Positions 53,306 to 61,713 of a DNA stretch of 64,000 nucleotides are shown piece by piece. The DNA is taken from assembly GCA_963707985.1 (NCBI GenBank), contig CAVPRW010000024.1, positions 96,001 through 160,000 of the forward strand. The letters are read 5' to 3'. This DNA comes from an uncultured Nitrospinota bacterium. Its GTDB lineage: Bacteria; Tectomicrobia; Entotheonellia; J063; CAVPRW01. The notes beneath the pieces are model-generated. The model saw nothing but the letters and a program-made list of their open reading frames with translations. It did not search any database and was not told where the DNA came from. Every line of letters starts with the position of its first letter. Positions within the stretch are counted from its first letter, which is position 1. Made by a program: the position numbers and the translations under genes.

Positions 53306-54469
53306 CTACCCTGCGCTGCGACCCAAGAGAAACCTTGCCAGCACCATCTTATGAATTTCATCCGTGCCACCGCCAATGCGGGCATGTCGGGCGATATGGT
53401 AGAAGCGCGTCAGCGGCAGCCAGTCGGTCTCGCCAATACCACCGTGAATCTGGATCGCCTTATCGATCGAACGTGTGGCCCACTGCGCCCCGGTATATTT
53501 CAGCAGCGAGGCCTCCATGCGCACATCCTGACCTTGATCGGCTTTCCAGGCGGCCTCGTAGAGTTTGGTGCGCAAGTATTGGATATCCGTCCAGATCTCC
53601 ACGATCATCCACTGAATCGCCTGGCGATCGGCGATCGGCCGACCGAACGTGACGCGCTGCTTGGACCAGGCAATGCACATGTCGAGCGCCCGCTGCATCA
53701 TGCCCAGCATCCAGGCCGCCCGCTCCAGGCGATCCCAAATGGTGAGAATCTTCTGGCCCATAGAGAACCCACGGCCGACCTCACCGAGCACGTTGGCCTG
53801 TGGCACCACACAGTTATCGAAGACGAGTTCGAACTGCTCGGGCGTCTTGCTCACCCACACGGGGATTGGCCGCTTGAGCGAAAATCCGGGCGTGCCTTTC
53901 TCAACGATGAACATGGTGATGCCACCACGTTGGCGCTTCTCGGGGTCGGTGACGGCCTGAACCAGAGCGAAGTCGGCATTGTCTGCCCAGCTCACGAAAA
54001 ATTTGGTACCGTTGATAATCCAGTGATCGCCGTCGCGCACTGCCGTGGTCTGCATCATGCCGCCCGGATCAGATCCGGCATTCGGCTCCGTTTGGGCGAA
54101 GCAGCTGTGCTTCTCACCCCGCACCACGGGCCAGGCGAAGCGCTGTTTTTGATCCTCATTGCAATCGTCGAGGAAAGCGTCCATCCAATCCGCGCACCAC
54201 GGGAAGGGAACCGCCGTCTGGAAGAATTGTTCGAGCAGCAACACTTTGCCGAGCACACCCATGCCGCTGCCACCGAATTCAGTAGGGAGATGCGCGCCCC
54301 ACAGGCCCGTCTCCATCGATAGCTTCTTGAGCCGCTCATAGTCCTCCGGCCAGAGATTGTCACGGCCCTCTTCTAACAAGCGTGGCTCCAGCGGCATCAG
54401 CTCCTCCTGAACGATCTGACGCGCCAGGCGCTGGAGTCCTTCCTGCTCCTCGGATAAGTGGAAATCCAT
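53306..54469 (-). CDS. Acyl-CoA dehydrogenase
   Basis: CFAQTEPNAGSD, INGTKFF, RVTFGRPIADRQAIQ, AIQIHGG, RIGGGTDEI. Confidence 0.93.
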   Translation of the reverse strand: MDFHLSEEQEGLQRLARQIVQEELMPLEPRLLEEGRDNLWPEDYERLKKLSMETGLWGAHLPTEFGGSGMGVLGKVLLLEQFFQTAVPFPWCADWMDAFLDDCNEDQKQRFAWPVVRGEKHSCFAQTEPNAGSDPGGMMQTTAVRDGDHWIINGTKFFVSWADNADFALVQAVTDPEKRQRGGITMFIVEKGTPGFSLKRPIPVWVSKTPEQFELVFDNCVVPQANVLGEVGRGFSMGQKILTIWDRLERAAWMLGMMQRALDMCIAWSKQRVTFGRPIADRQAIQWMIVEIWTDIQYLRTKLYEAAWKADQGQDVRMEASLLKYTGAQWATRSIDKAIQIHGGIGETDWLPLTRFYHIARHARIGGGTDEIHKMVLARFLLGRSAG

Positions 54470-54670
54470 ACCTTCGACCTCCTCTGACCTTCTCGAAAAA
54501 ATCTGTCCGTCTCGGCACCATGAATGGTAGGCAATAGTCTACAGCCTGTCGGTTTGTCAAGCGCCTGCCTGTCTGTGATGGGCCGCGAGGGGCGGTATTT
54601 TGGCTTGATTTTTTGAAATAGAGGGGATAGCCTAAGAATCATGAAACTAGGATCAAGCAACTACATAGAC

Positions 54671-55702
54671 ATGCAGGCCCGACGTCAGCGTACAAGTGTT
54701 CTCGTCGCGGCGGCTCTTAGTCTATTCCTGATGTTGGCATGGGCCGCCGACGTCTGGGCGCGTAGTAGTGGTGGACGCTATGGTGGCCGTGCCGGCTTTT
54801 CACAGTCGCGCAGCGGATCAAGCGGCGGTGATTGGTCTAGTTCACCTTCTGCACCTACACGACCCTACAGCGCCCCTCCCCCGTCCGGCTACACCCCTTC
54901 TATGCCAACGATGCCAAGTCCCGGGTTTGGCTTTTTGCCTTTTCTCCTGCCATTCCTCGGGTGGGGCGGAGGCGGTGGAGCCAGCGTCGGATCCGGCGGT
55001 GGCTTCGGCTTTGGCGGTATCCTGGGATTTCTTATCATCCTTGGGATTGTCGTGGTCCTCGGTCGAGTGCTACTGAAAAATCTTGCCGCAGCCCGTCGTG
55101 ATCGGCTCGATGGTTCACCATCCGGTATGTTGGGAGGGGAGCGCTACGCCGTGGTGAAGTGCCAGCTGGCCTTGCTCTCCACCGCGCGGTCCTTACAACG
55201 CGAGCTACAAACCTATGCGAACACTGCCAGTACCGACACGGTGACGGGTCTTGCATCAGCCTTACAGGACGTGGTGATGGCCTTGATGCGTCACAGCGAT
55301 TACTGGCGCTACGGTGTAGTACAGGTCCAAGCCGCGTCCACACTTGACGATGCTGAGCGGGCCTTCAATCAGGTGGTGGGTCAGGAGCGGGCGAAACTCT
55401 CGGAAGAGCTAACAGTCAATGTCGATGGTGTGCGGCGGCAAGCTCCGCGGTCAGAAAGCACTCCGTCCAACGAGGTAGGACAATATCTGGTGGTGACGCT
55501 GATCGTAGCCACGGGTTATGCGGGGTTTACGGCCTATCAGACGCCATCGCCCAAAGATATCGAAGGCACCTTGCAACGCCTGAGTACCTTGCTCACTTCC
55601 GACCTCCTGGCCTTCGAGGTGATGTGGTCGCCGGAAAATCCGGATGATTCACTGACGGAAGATGAGCTCATCGCCGAATATCCGGAGCTGTCAGGATTAT
55701 GA
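54671..55702 (+). CDS. DUF1517 domain protein
   Basis: ARSSGGRYGG Gly/Ser-rich N-terminus, TM helix, KCQLALL..AR.LQ, YLVVTLIVA, FEVMWSPE...LTEDELIAEYPEL. Start may be 54641. Confidence 0.85.
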   Translation: MQARRQRTSVLVAAALSLFLMLAWAADVWARSSGGRYGGRAGFSQSRSGSSGGDWSSSPSAPTRPYSAPPPSGYTPSMPTMPSPGFGFLPFLLPFLGWGGGGGASVGSGGGFGFGGILGFLIILGIVVVLGRVLLKNLAAARRDRLDGSPSGMLGGERYAVVKCQLALLSTARSLQRELQTYANTASTDTVTGLASALQDVVMALMRHSDYWRYGVVQVQAASTLDDAERAFNQVVGQERAKLSEELTVNVDGVRRQAPRSESTPSNEVGQYLVVTLIVATGYAGFTAYQTPSPKDIEGTLQRLSTLLTSDLLAFEVMWSPENPDDSLTEDELIAEYPELSGL

Positions 55703-55723
55703 GGGACGGAGAAAGGAGGCACG

Positions 55724-56044
55724 ATGAAGCCATGGCTCATAGTGGGCTTGGGTCTCTGGATCATAGCCAGTATGGCGTGGCTCGGAATCGCTGGCGAGGT
55801 GCCCGTGCCACCCATCGAACCCAGGATCGTACCCCCCATGCTCTCCTGGAGCAGTCTCTTCACCTCAGTCGTCTATGGGCTGGTCGGGTTGATTCTCCTG
55901 CTCATCGGTTACTACAGCTACGAGCTCATCACCCCGTTTTCGGTGAAAGATGAATTGATTTCTCACCGCAATCCCGCGGTGGGCTTGGTTGTCGCAGCAT
56001 TCATACTAGGCATGGCCATCATCATCGCCGCTGCCATCATTTAA
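55724..56044 (+). CDS. DUF350 domain membrane protein
   Basis: YELITPFSVKDEL...NPAVGLVVAAFILGMAIIIAAAI. Confidence 0.85.
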   Translation: MKPWLIVGLGLWIIASMAWLGIAGEVPVPPIEPRIVPPMLSWSSLFTSVVYGLVGLILLLIGYYSYELITPFSVKDELISHRNPAVGLVVAAFILGMAIIIAAAII

Positions 56045-56174
56045 GCGAGTTGCCCCTGCAGTCCTCTGTATTTGCCTCCCGGTTGGGTCATCGAGCCGGC
56101 CAGGAGGTTTCAGGTACCGTGCCGATATAGGGCTCGTGAGGCGATCCGGCAGGAGGGAGTGAGTAAGAGTCGCT

Positions 56175-56465
56175 ATGAAGGCTTTCTCTAATGGTACATC
56201 GAGAGACCGACAGCGCTTCCGTCGCAATGACCCGCATGCGCCCGAGAAGGGAGACGAGGAGCTTGACCTTCCGGCGTGGAATCCCGAAGAATTGCATCAG
56301 ACCCAGGCGCTCATCCAGGACCTCGACAAGCACTTTACCGGACTCCGTGAGACGCTGCAGCGCCGTCAGATGCGTATCGAGCAGGTGAAGCGCACCCTTT
56401 CAGCACTCCAGACCCTCCTCTTCCCCTCTCGCCGCTCTTGGTGGCGCCGGTGGTTTCCCTGGTAA
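56175..56465 (+). CDS. Hypothetical coiled-coil protein
   Basis: Heptad region and terminal RSWWRRWFPW; overlaps the 3' end of the RluA gene. Confidence 0.45.
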   Translation: MKAFSNGTSRDRQRFRRNDPHAPEKGDEELDLPAWNPEELHQTQALIQDLDKHFTGLRETLQRRQMRIEQVKRTLSALQTLLFPSRRSWWRRWFPW

Positions 56466-57239
56466 TCGACGGTAGCGCTGCAGGTTGCGTAACACGGCGG
56501 CGAGGTCCTTCGGGAGGGGTGCCATCCACGTGCACACTTGACCACGTGTGGGATGTATGAGCTCCAATGCTTGCGCATGCAGGGTCAGGCGTGTCATTAA
56601 GGGACGCTCGACTGCGCCGGCTTTCGGCCGATACGATGGCTTCAAGGCCGACAGCAATAGCGGTTCGCTAGAGCCATAGAGCGGATCGATGGCCAGCGGA
56701 TGGCCGATTGCCTGTAGGTGCACACGAATTTGATGGCTGCGCCCGGTTCTTGGCCGCACCTCCAGTAGCGTATAGCCGCGAAAGCGGTCGGCTACGGCAT
56801 AGCGGGTGATGGCGGACTTACCCTGACGGCGCTGGATGATCATCATACCCGGTCGCTGTGGATGTGAACCGATGGGTAGGTGAATGACCCCTTCGGCACG
56901 TATACCCTGGCCGCTGATCAGGGCGAGGTAGGTTTTGATGACTGTGCCACGTTCGAACTGCTGTGACAGCGCAGCATGGACGCGATCGGACTTGGCCAGG
57001 ATGAGTACGCCGCTGGTGTCTCGATCCAGGCGATGTACTACCCAGATACGTGAGGGCTCGGCTGAAACCGTGCCTTTGGAGGCCGTCTGCCCGGTCAGGT
57101 AGGCCCGTGCCAGCTTGACTACCGTCGGCTTGGAGGCATCCCAGCGGTCAGGGATAACTAAGAGCCCCGCGGGTTTGTCAATGACCAGCAGGTCGTCGTC
57201 TTCATAGATGATACTCAGATCGAGCCGTTGACGGGGCAT
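56400..57239 (-). CDS. RluA-family pseudouridine synthase
   Basis: IIYEDDDLLVIDKPAG, VHRLDRDTSG, TGRSHQIRVH, LHAQAL. Confidence 0.93.
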   Translation of the reverse strand: MPRQRLDLSIIYEDDDLLVIDKPAGLLVIPDRWDASKPTVVKLARAYLTGQTASKGTVSAEPSRIWVVHRLDRDTSGVLILAKSDRVHAALSQQFERGTVIKTYLALISGQGIRAEGVIHLPIGSHPQRPGMMIIQRRQGKSAITRYAVADRFRGYTLLEVRPRTGRSHQIRVHLQAIGHPLAIDPLYGSSEPLLLSALKPSYRPKAGAVERPLMTRLTLHAQALELIHPTRGQVCTWMAPLPKDLAAVLRNLQRYRRLPGKPPAPPRAARGEEEGLEC

Positions 57240-57262
57240 GCGACTTTCTTTGTGATGAGGTC

Positions 57263-58162
57263 ATGGGCATGGAACCTAACCTCTTTACCGATCCAACCGA
57301 CGCTACTCCCCCAACCACCGAAGCCCGGTCGAGGGCCGCGTTTGAACTGACGCAGGGGATGCCTCTTTATCTCGGCACCTCGAGTTGGAGCTCCGAGGAT
57401 TGGCGGGGAACGATCTATCCCGCCGATGCGAAATCCTCGGATTTCCTGACCCATTACGCTAAGCAGCTCTCGGCTGTCGAAATCGACATGACGTTTTACC
57501 GCATTCCCACTGCAGCGATGATTCATGCCTGGAATCAGCGGACACCCGATGGCTTTCGCTTTGCTGCAAAAATTCCACAGGTCATCACGCATGAAAAGGT
57601 CCTGCGCGATTGTCAGCATGAGCTGCAGCAATTTACCGAGGTCATGGCTCTGTTGGGCGACAAGTTGGGCCCACTCTTGTTCCAATTTCCCTACTTCTCG
57701 AAGCGTCACTTCGCGAATGCGCAGGCATTTCTGGAGCGCCTGGAACCAGTCCTTGCACAACTGCCCGACGGATTCCGATTCGCTGTCGAACTTCGCAACC
57801 GCTGGTGGATAACTGAGCGCTTGCTCGACTTGCTGCGGGCCCATGGTGTGGCCTTGGCGCTCACCGATCATCCATGGATGCCACCGATTCAGGAACTTCT
57901 TCGCCAACATGATGTGGTGACCGCGGATTTCGCCTATATCCGCTGGCTCGGCGACCGACAGGCCATGGAGGCGATCACGCAGAAGTGGGACCATCTCGTG
58001 ATCGATCGGACGCAGGACACGAAGACCTGGGTAGCCGTGGTGCGGCAACTGCTGGCTCGTGACCTCACCGTGTATGGCTTTTACAACAATCATTACGCCG
58101 GCCATTCACCAGGCTCCATCGCCTTATTTTCTGAGATCTGGCAGAACAGTCAAGTATCGTAA
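57263..58162 (+). CDS. DUF72 domain protein
   Basis: YLGTSSWS..DW, VEIDMTFY, FAAKIPQVITH, LLFQFP, AVELRN, YNNHYAG. Confidence 0.92.
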   Translation: MGMEPNLFTDPTDATPPTTEARSRAAFELTQGMPLYLGTSSWSSEDWRGTIYPADAKSSDFLTHYAKQLSAVEIDMTFYRIPTAAMIHAWNQRTPDGFRFAAKIPQVITHEKVLRDCQHELQQFTEVMALLGDKLGPLLFQFPYFSKRHFANAQAFLERLEPVLAQLPDGFRFAVELRNRWWITERLLDLLRAHGVALALTDHPWMPPIQELLRQHDVVTADFAYIRWLGDRQAMEAITQKWDHLVIDRTQDTKTWVAVVRQLLARDLTVYGFYNNHYAGHSPGSIALFSEIWQNSQVS

Positions 58163-58189
58163 CGTGCAGCCACCCGCGATCATGCGGGG

Positions 58190-58636
58190 CTACTCGCTAC
58201 GCCGCTCCATCGGCCGCGTATCTCGGCCTGGAGCAGCGCTGAGCGCGATCCGGCCGACGAATTTCACATTGGCACAGAGATCGGCTCCACCTGTAGCACA
58301 GGTTTGCGCATCGGTGATGAGAAACCGGAATGGCCCGCCTTGCTGTTCCGGAAGCGCCTCGCCGCCAAGACGATACAGCACCACTCCGGAATCGACAACC
58401 GCTGCCAGCGGCACACTGGCACTGAAGCTGCCGTCGTGGGATTCGACCGTGAGGTGGGTTGCCTCCGGTTGGGGCTGCACAGCATCGAGCAGTGAGGCCA
58501 GGCGTACACCGCCGCCCCTGCGACCAGGGACAAGAGTGGCAATATCCTCGATCTGTCCTGGGAGATGGCTGAGCGCCTCGAAATCGAAACTCTCTGGCTG
58601 TCGCACCTGACCACATATCTCTAATGCCTGGCTCAT
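58190..58636 (-). CDS. Molybdopterin-binding oxidoreductase-like small protein
   Basis: GGVRLASLL...DGSFSASVPL...ALPEQQGGPFRF...NVKFVGRI. Confidence 0.65.
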   Translation of the reverse strand: MSQALEICGQVRQPESFDFEALSHLPGQIEDIATLVPGRRGGGVRLASLLDAVQPQPEATHLTVESHDGSFSASVPLAAVVDSGVVLYRLGGEALPEQQGGPFRFLITDAQTCATGGADLCANVKFVGRIALSAAPGRDTRPMERRSE

Positions 58637-58650
58637 CTCACCCTCTCTTT

Positions 58651-58962
58651 TCATGTAGGCAGTCGCGCGGCGATGTCGTCGAGTTGACGCATCAGGTTAG
58701 GATCGCCATTGCGCGCTGCGGGACCGCGCCCGGCATCAACCGTTTGCCGCGCTTGCACGATCCGGCCGCTCTTTTCATAGGCTTCCGCTAATTGAATATA
58801 CACGAACGCATACTCTGGATCGATCTCGATCGCCGCTGTGAGCGCCTCAATTGCCTCGGGGTACTGTGCGAGCTGAAAATGCTCATTGCCCAGGGCAAAG
58901 TGTAACATAGCGTCGTGCGGCTCATCCGCAATTAGTGCTTTGATCTGCTCGATGCGGCTCAT
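58651..58962 (-). CDS. Small TPR protein
   Basis: MSRIEQIKALIADEPHDAMLHFALGNE...DPEYAFVYIQLA. Confidence 0.8.
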   Translation of the reverse strand: MSRIEQIKALIADEPHDAMLHFALGNEHFQLAQYPEAIEALTAAIEIDPEYAFVYIQLAEAYEKSGRIVQARQTVDAGRGPAARNGDPNLMRQLDDIAARLPT

Positions 58963-59215
58963 GCTCCCCTCCGCGTCGTGTCCCTGCCTAGTCGACCTGA
59001 CATGCCAGGTCCCCTGCTTCTTCCAACGAGTGGTTCCATTGAGTAGCGACCGCCCGACCACGTTATTGTACCAAGCCTCACGCCAGACGTCACCTGTTCC
59101 CGGTCTCTGTCCACTTTCTCCTTGCCTTGCTTTGCAAAAATGAGTATCGTGGGCGGACATAGACACATGGGCTTCGTGGCGCTCGCTGAGACACCTGTGC
59201 GAAGGAGGTCAGGCC

Positions 59216-59410
59216 ATGGCGATGAAGGATAAGGCAATGTTTTCGGTCGAGCTGGATAAGCATATGATGGCGTTCTTGGAGGATATGGTCAAGCAATACG
59301 ACCTACCGGATTCCTCCAAGGCACTTCGTGTGCTGATTACCTATGCGTTGGATCCCGAGACAGACCGCGATCGGATTTTTTCCGACGTCCGCTGCTTTGA
59401 CTGCGAATAA
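59216..59410 (+). CDS. Small hypothetical (ribbon-helix-helix-like) protein with terminal CxxC
   Basis: AAGGAGG RBS; ...LPDSSKALRVLITYA...IFSDVRCFDCE. Confidence 0.7.
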   Translation: MAMKDKAMFSVELDKHMMAFLEDMVKQYDLPDSSKALRVLITYALDPETDRDRIFSDVRCFDCE

Positions 59411-59425
59411 GCCGAGAGGGCTGGT

Positions 59426-60106
59426 ATGAAAGCGGTTGAGAGCCAGAGTTCGACCCTGGCGTATTTGACAGTGTTTCCGGACAACTACGACGCAGGGCAA
59501 CCGTATCCGATGATCGTCTGCCTCCACGGACGCGGAGCGGATATGCGTGATCTCGCCGGCTTGGCACCGGCGATCGATCAAAGCGGCTACCTCTACGTCT
59601 GTCCTAACGCTCCAGTGACCATCTCTATTGGTCCTGGATATACCGGGCAGGCCTGGTATGAGCCCGGGGGAACTCCGAGCCCGGCAGCGCTGGAGCAAGC
59701 GTTGACGGCCCTGGATGGGGTGGTTCGTGACGTTTTCGCCCAATACCACGTGGCGGCAGGTCAAGCGCTCCTCCTCGGCTTTTCGCAGGGCGGGGCGATG
59801 ACCTATCGCTATGGGATGTTGCGGCCCGAGATGTTTGCTGGCCTGGTCATCCTCAGTGGGGCGTTGCGCAATCCCGAGGCCCTCCTGCCACACCTGCCGG
59901 CGCAGCGCGATCAACGCATCTTCATTGCCCATGGGACCCATGATGCCGTGGTTCCCGTCGAGTTGAGCCGGAACGCCGTCGATTTCCTCGAGGCTCAGAG
60001 CTATCAGCCGCTGTATCGTGAGTACCCCATGGGCCATGAGATCACCCAGGAGGTGCTGAACGATCTCACACCCTGGATTCATGCGGCGTTGCCATCGAAG
60101 AGTTAA
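59426..60106 (+). CDS. Phospholipase/carboxylesterase (alpha/beta hydrolase)
   Basis: LHGRG, GFSQGG, HGTHDAVV, MGHEI triad motifs. Confidence 0.9.
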   Translation: MKAVESQSSTLAYLTVFPDNYDAGQPYPMIVCLHGRGADMRDLAGLAPAIDQSGYLYVCPNAPVTISIGPGYTGQAWYEPGGTPSPAALEQALTALDGVVRDVFAQYHVAAGQALLLGFSQGGAMTYRYGMLRPEMFAGLVILSGALRNPEALLPHLPAQRDQRIFIAHGTHDAVVPVELSRNAVDFLEAQSYQPLYREYPMGHEITQEVLNDLTPWIHAALPSKS

Positions 60107-60161
60107 AGACCAACGCCCTCGCGAGTGTTCCCCTTTCCTATGGGGGAATTGTTTCTATCAT

Positions 60162-60199
60162 AGCGCAGGGGGGTAGGTCGAGCCCCGGCCCCTTGCGCT
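60162..60199. terminator. Hairpin between convergent genes
   Basis: AGCGCAGGGG...CCCTTGCGCT. Confidence 0.45.
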
Positions 60200-60314
60200 C
60201 CACTCAAGCTTTCCTCTCACCTCAGTCCGACCGTGCTCACAATTGACGCCTCCCGTACCAGTAACGTGTGGGTAGTATTGTCCTCGACCAGCAGCGCGTG
60301 GATGGCCTGATTGG

Positions 60315-60770
60315 TCAAGGCACATACCCCGGTGGCAAGGTCACGACCGTAAACCAGAAGGTGACGATTGCATGGATAGCGTGGATGAAGTCTTTCAGGT
60401 TGACCGGTTTAGTGACGTAGCAGTTGGCATGCAAGCTGTAAGCGGTGAGGGTGTCTCGCTCGGCCTGCGAGGTGGTCAGGACGACAATCGGAATAGCCTT
60501 CAAGTCTGCATCGGCCTTGACCTCCGCCAGGACTTCCCACCCATTTTTTCTCGGCAGGTTATAATCAAGGAGGATGAGGTCAGGTCGAGGAACGCCACCA
60601 TAGGAGCCGGTCCTACGCAAGAAGGCCACCGCCTCTACACCGTCCTCCACCACGTGAAGATTGCTCAGCAAATTCATCTGTCCGAGGGCTTCCTGGGTCA
60701 TCAGTACGTCGGTAGGACTGTCTTCGACAAGAAGGAGCTGAGCGGGTCTTTGGGTTACTTGTTGGTTCAT
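60315..60770 (-). CDS. Single-domain response regulator (Rcp1-type)
   Basis: LLVEDSPTD, PDLILLDYNLP, LTTS, ANCYVTKP, FWFTVV. Confidence 0.9.
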   Translation of the reverse strand: MNQQVTQRPAQLLLVEDSPTDVLMTQEALGQMNLLSNLHVVEDGVEAVAFLRRTGSYGGVPRPDLILLDYNLPRKNGWEVLAEVKADADLKAIPIVVLTTSQAERDTLTAYSLHANCYVTKPVNLKDFIHAIHAIVTFWFTVVTLPPGYVP

Positions 60771-60883
60771 GGTCCATTACCTCCTGTCGGACATGCTAAA
60801 GCAGAACGTTGCCCCCTTCCCCGGCTCCGAGCTGGGTCCGCCAGGCCATACCGCGAGAACGTAGCCAAGAGACTGGCAAGGCT

Positions 60884-61504
60884 TCATGCATCGTGAGAAG
60901 GCTCGGGGAACACTTTTCTCCGGCAGTCAGGGCAAAGACCATGTGTAAATTCGGCGTCCGAATGGGCTTCGATATAGGCTTCGAGCTGATTCCAATAGCC
61001 GTTGTCGTCGCGAATTTTCTTGCAGGCGGCGCAGATAGGAAGCAGTCCCGTTAACGTTTTGACGGTGGCCAGCGCCTCCTCAATAAGTTTTTTGCGTTCC
61101 TCCAGAATCTGATGTCGCTCGATAGCATAGCGGATGGACCGGGTTACAATGTAACCGTCGATGTGCGCCTTCGGGAGATAGTCCTGCGCCCCTGCTCTCA
61201 CCGCTTGTAAGCTGAGTTTTTCATCGTCGAGGCCAGAGAGGATAACAATGGGCATAGCGGAGGACAGAGCCTGGACCTTGGCAAATGTCTCCAGCCCCTG
61301 ACTGTCTGGGAGCCCAAGGTCCAGCAGAACCACGTCGAAGCGTGCCTCGCTAAGACACTTCAGCCCCTCGCTGAGGCGCTCGACATGGGTAAAGGAGCAG
61401 GACATCAGGGGGACTGCAGCGCACGCCTGCCGCAAGAGCAGCGCATCCGTGGGGTTGTCTTCGATCAACAGCACGTGGATGCGGACGTCATCCATGGTAT
61501 TCAC
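60884..61504 (-). CDS. Response regulator with C-terminal Cys-rich (CxxC...CxxC) domain
   Basis: IEDNPTD, LLDLGLPD; LPICAACKKIRDDNGYW...THGLCPDC. Confidence 0.88.
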   Translation of the reverse strand: MNTMDDVRIHVLLIEDNPTDALLLRQACAAVPLMSCSFTHVERLSEGLKCLSEARFDVVLLDLGLPDSQGLETFAKVQALSSAMPIVILSGLDDEKLSLQAVRAGAQDYLPKAHIDGYIVTRSIRYAIERHQILEERKKLIEEALATVKTLTGLLPICAACKKIRDDNGYWNQLEAYIEAHSDAEFTHGLCPDCRRKVFPEPSHDA

Positions 61505-61707
61505 TCCGGTGGCAAAGTCACCACGCTAAACCAGAAGTGTTCGACCGGTCGTACGAACTCTGCGAAGCCTCCAAAATCGATTGGCTTTGTGATGTAGCAA
61601 TTGGCATGGAGTGCATAGGCCTTAATCATGTCCGCTTCCGCCTTTGAGTCGGTAGGGCTGTCCTCCAGTAGTATCTCGATCGGCTTATGCGGGGTTTCGA
61701 GGAGCAT
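61501..61707 (-). pseudogene. Rcp1-type receiver with in-frame internal deletion
   Basis: ILLEDSPTD joined directly to SKAEADMIKAYALHANCYITKP; the phospho-acceptor region is missing. Confidence 0.75.
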
Positions 61708-61713
61708 GGGGTA

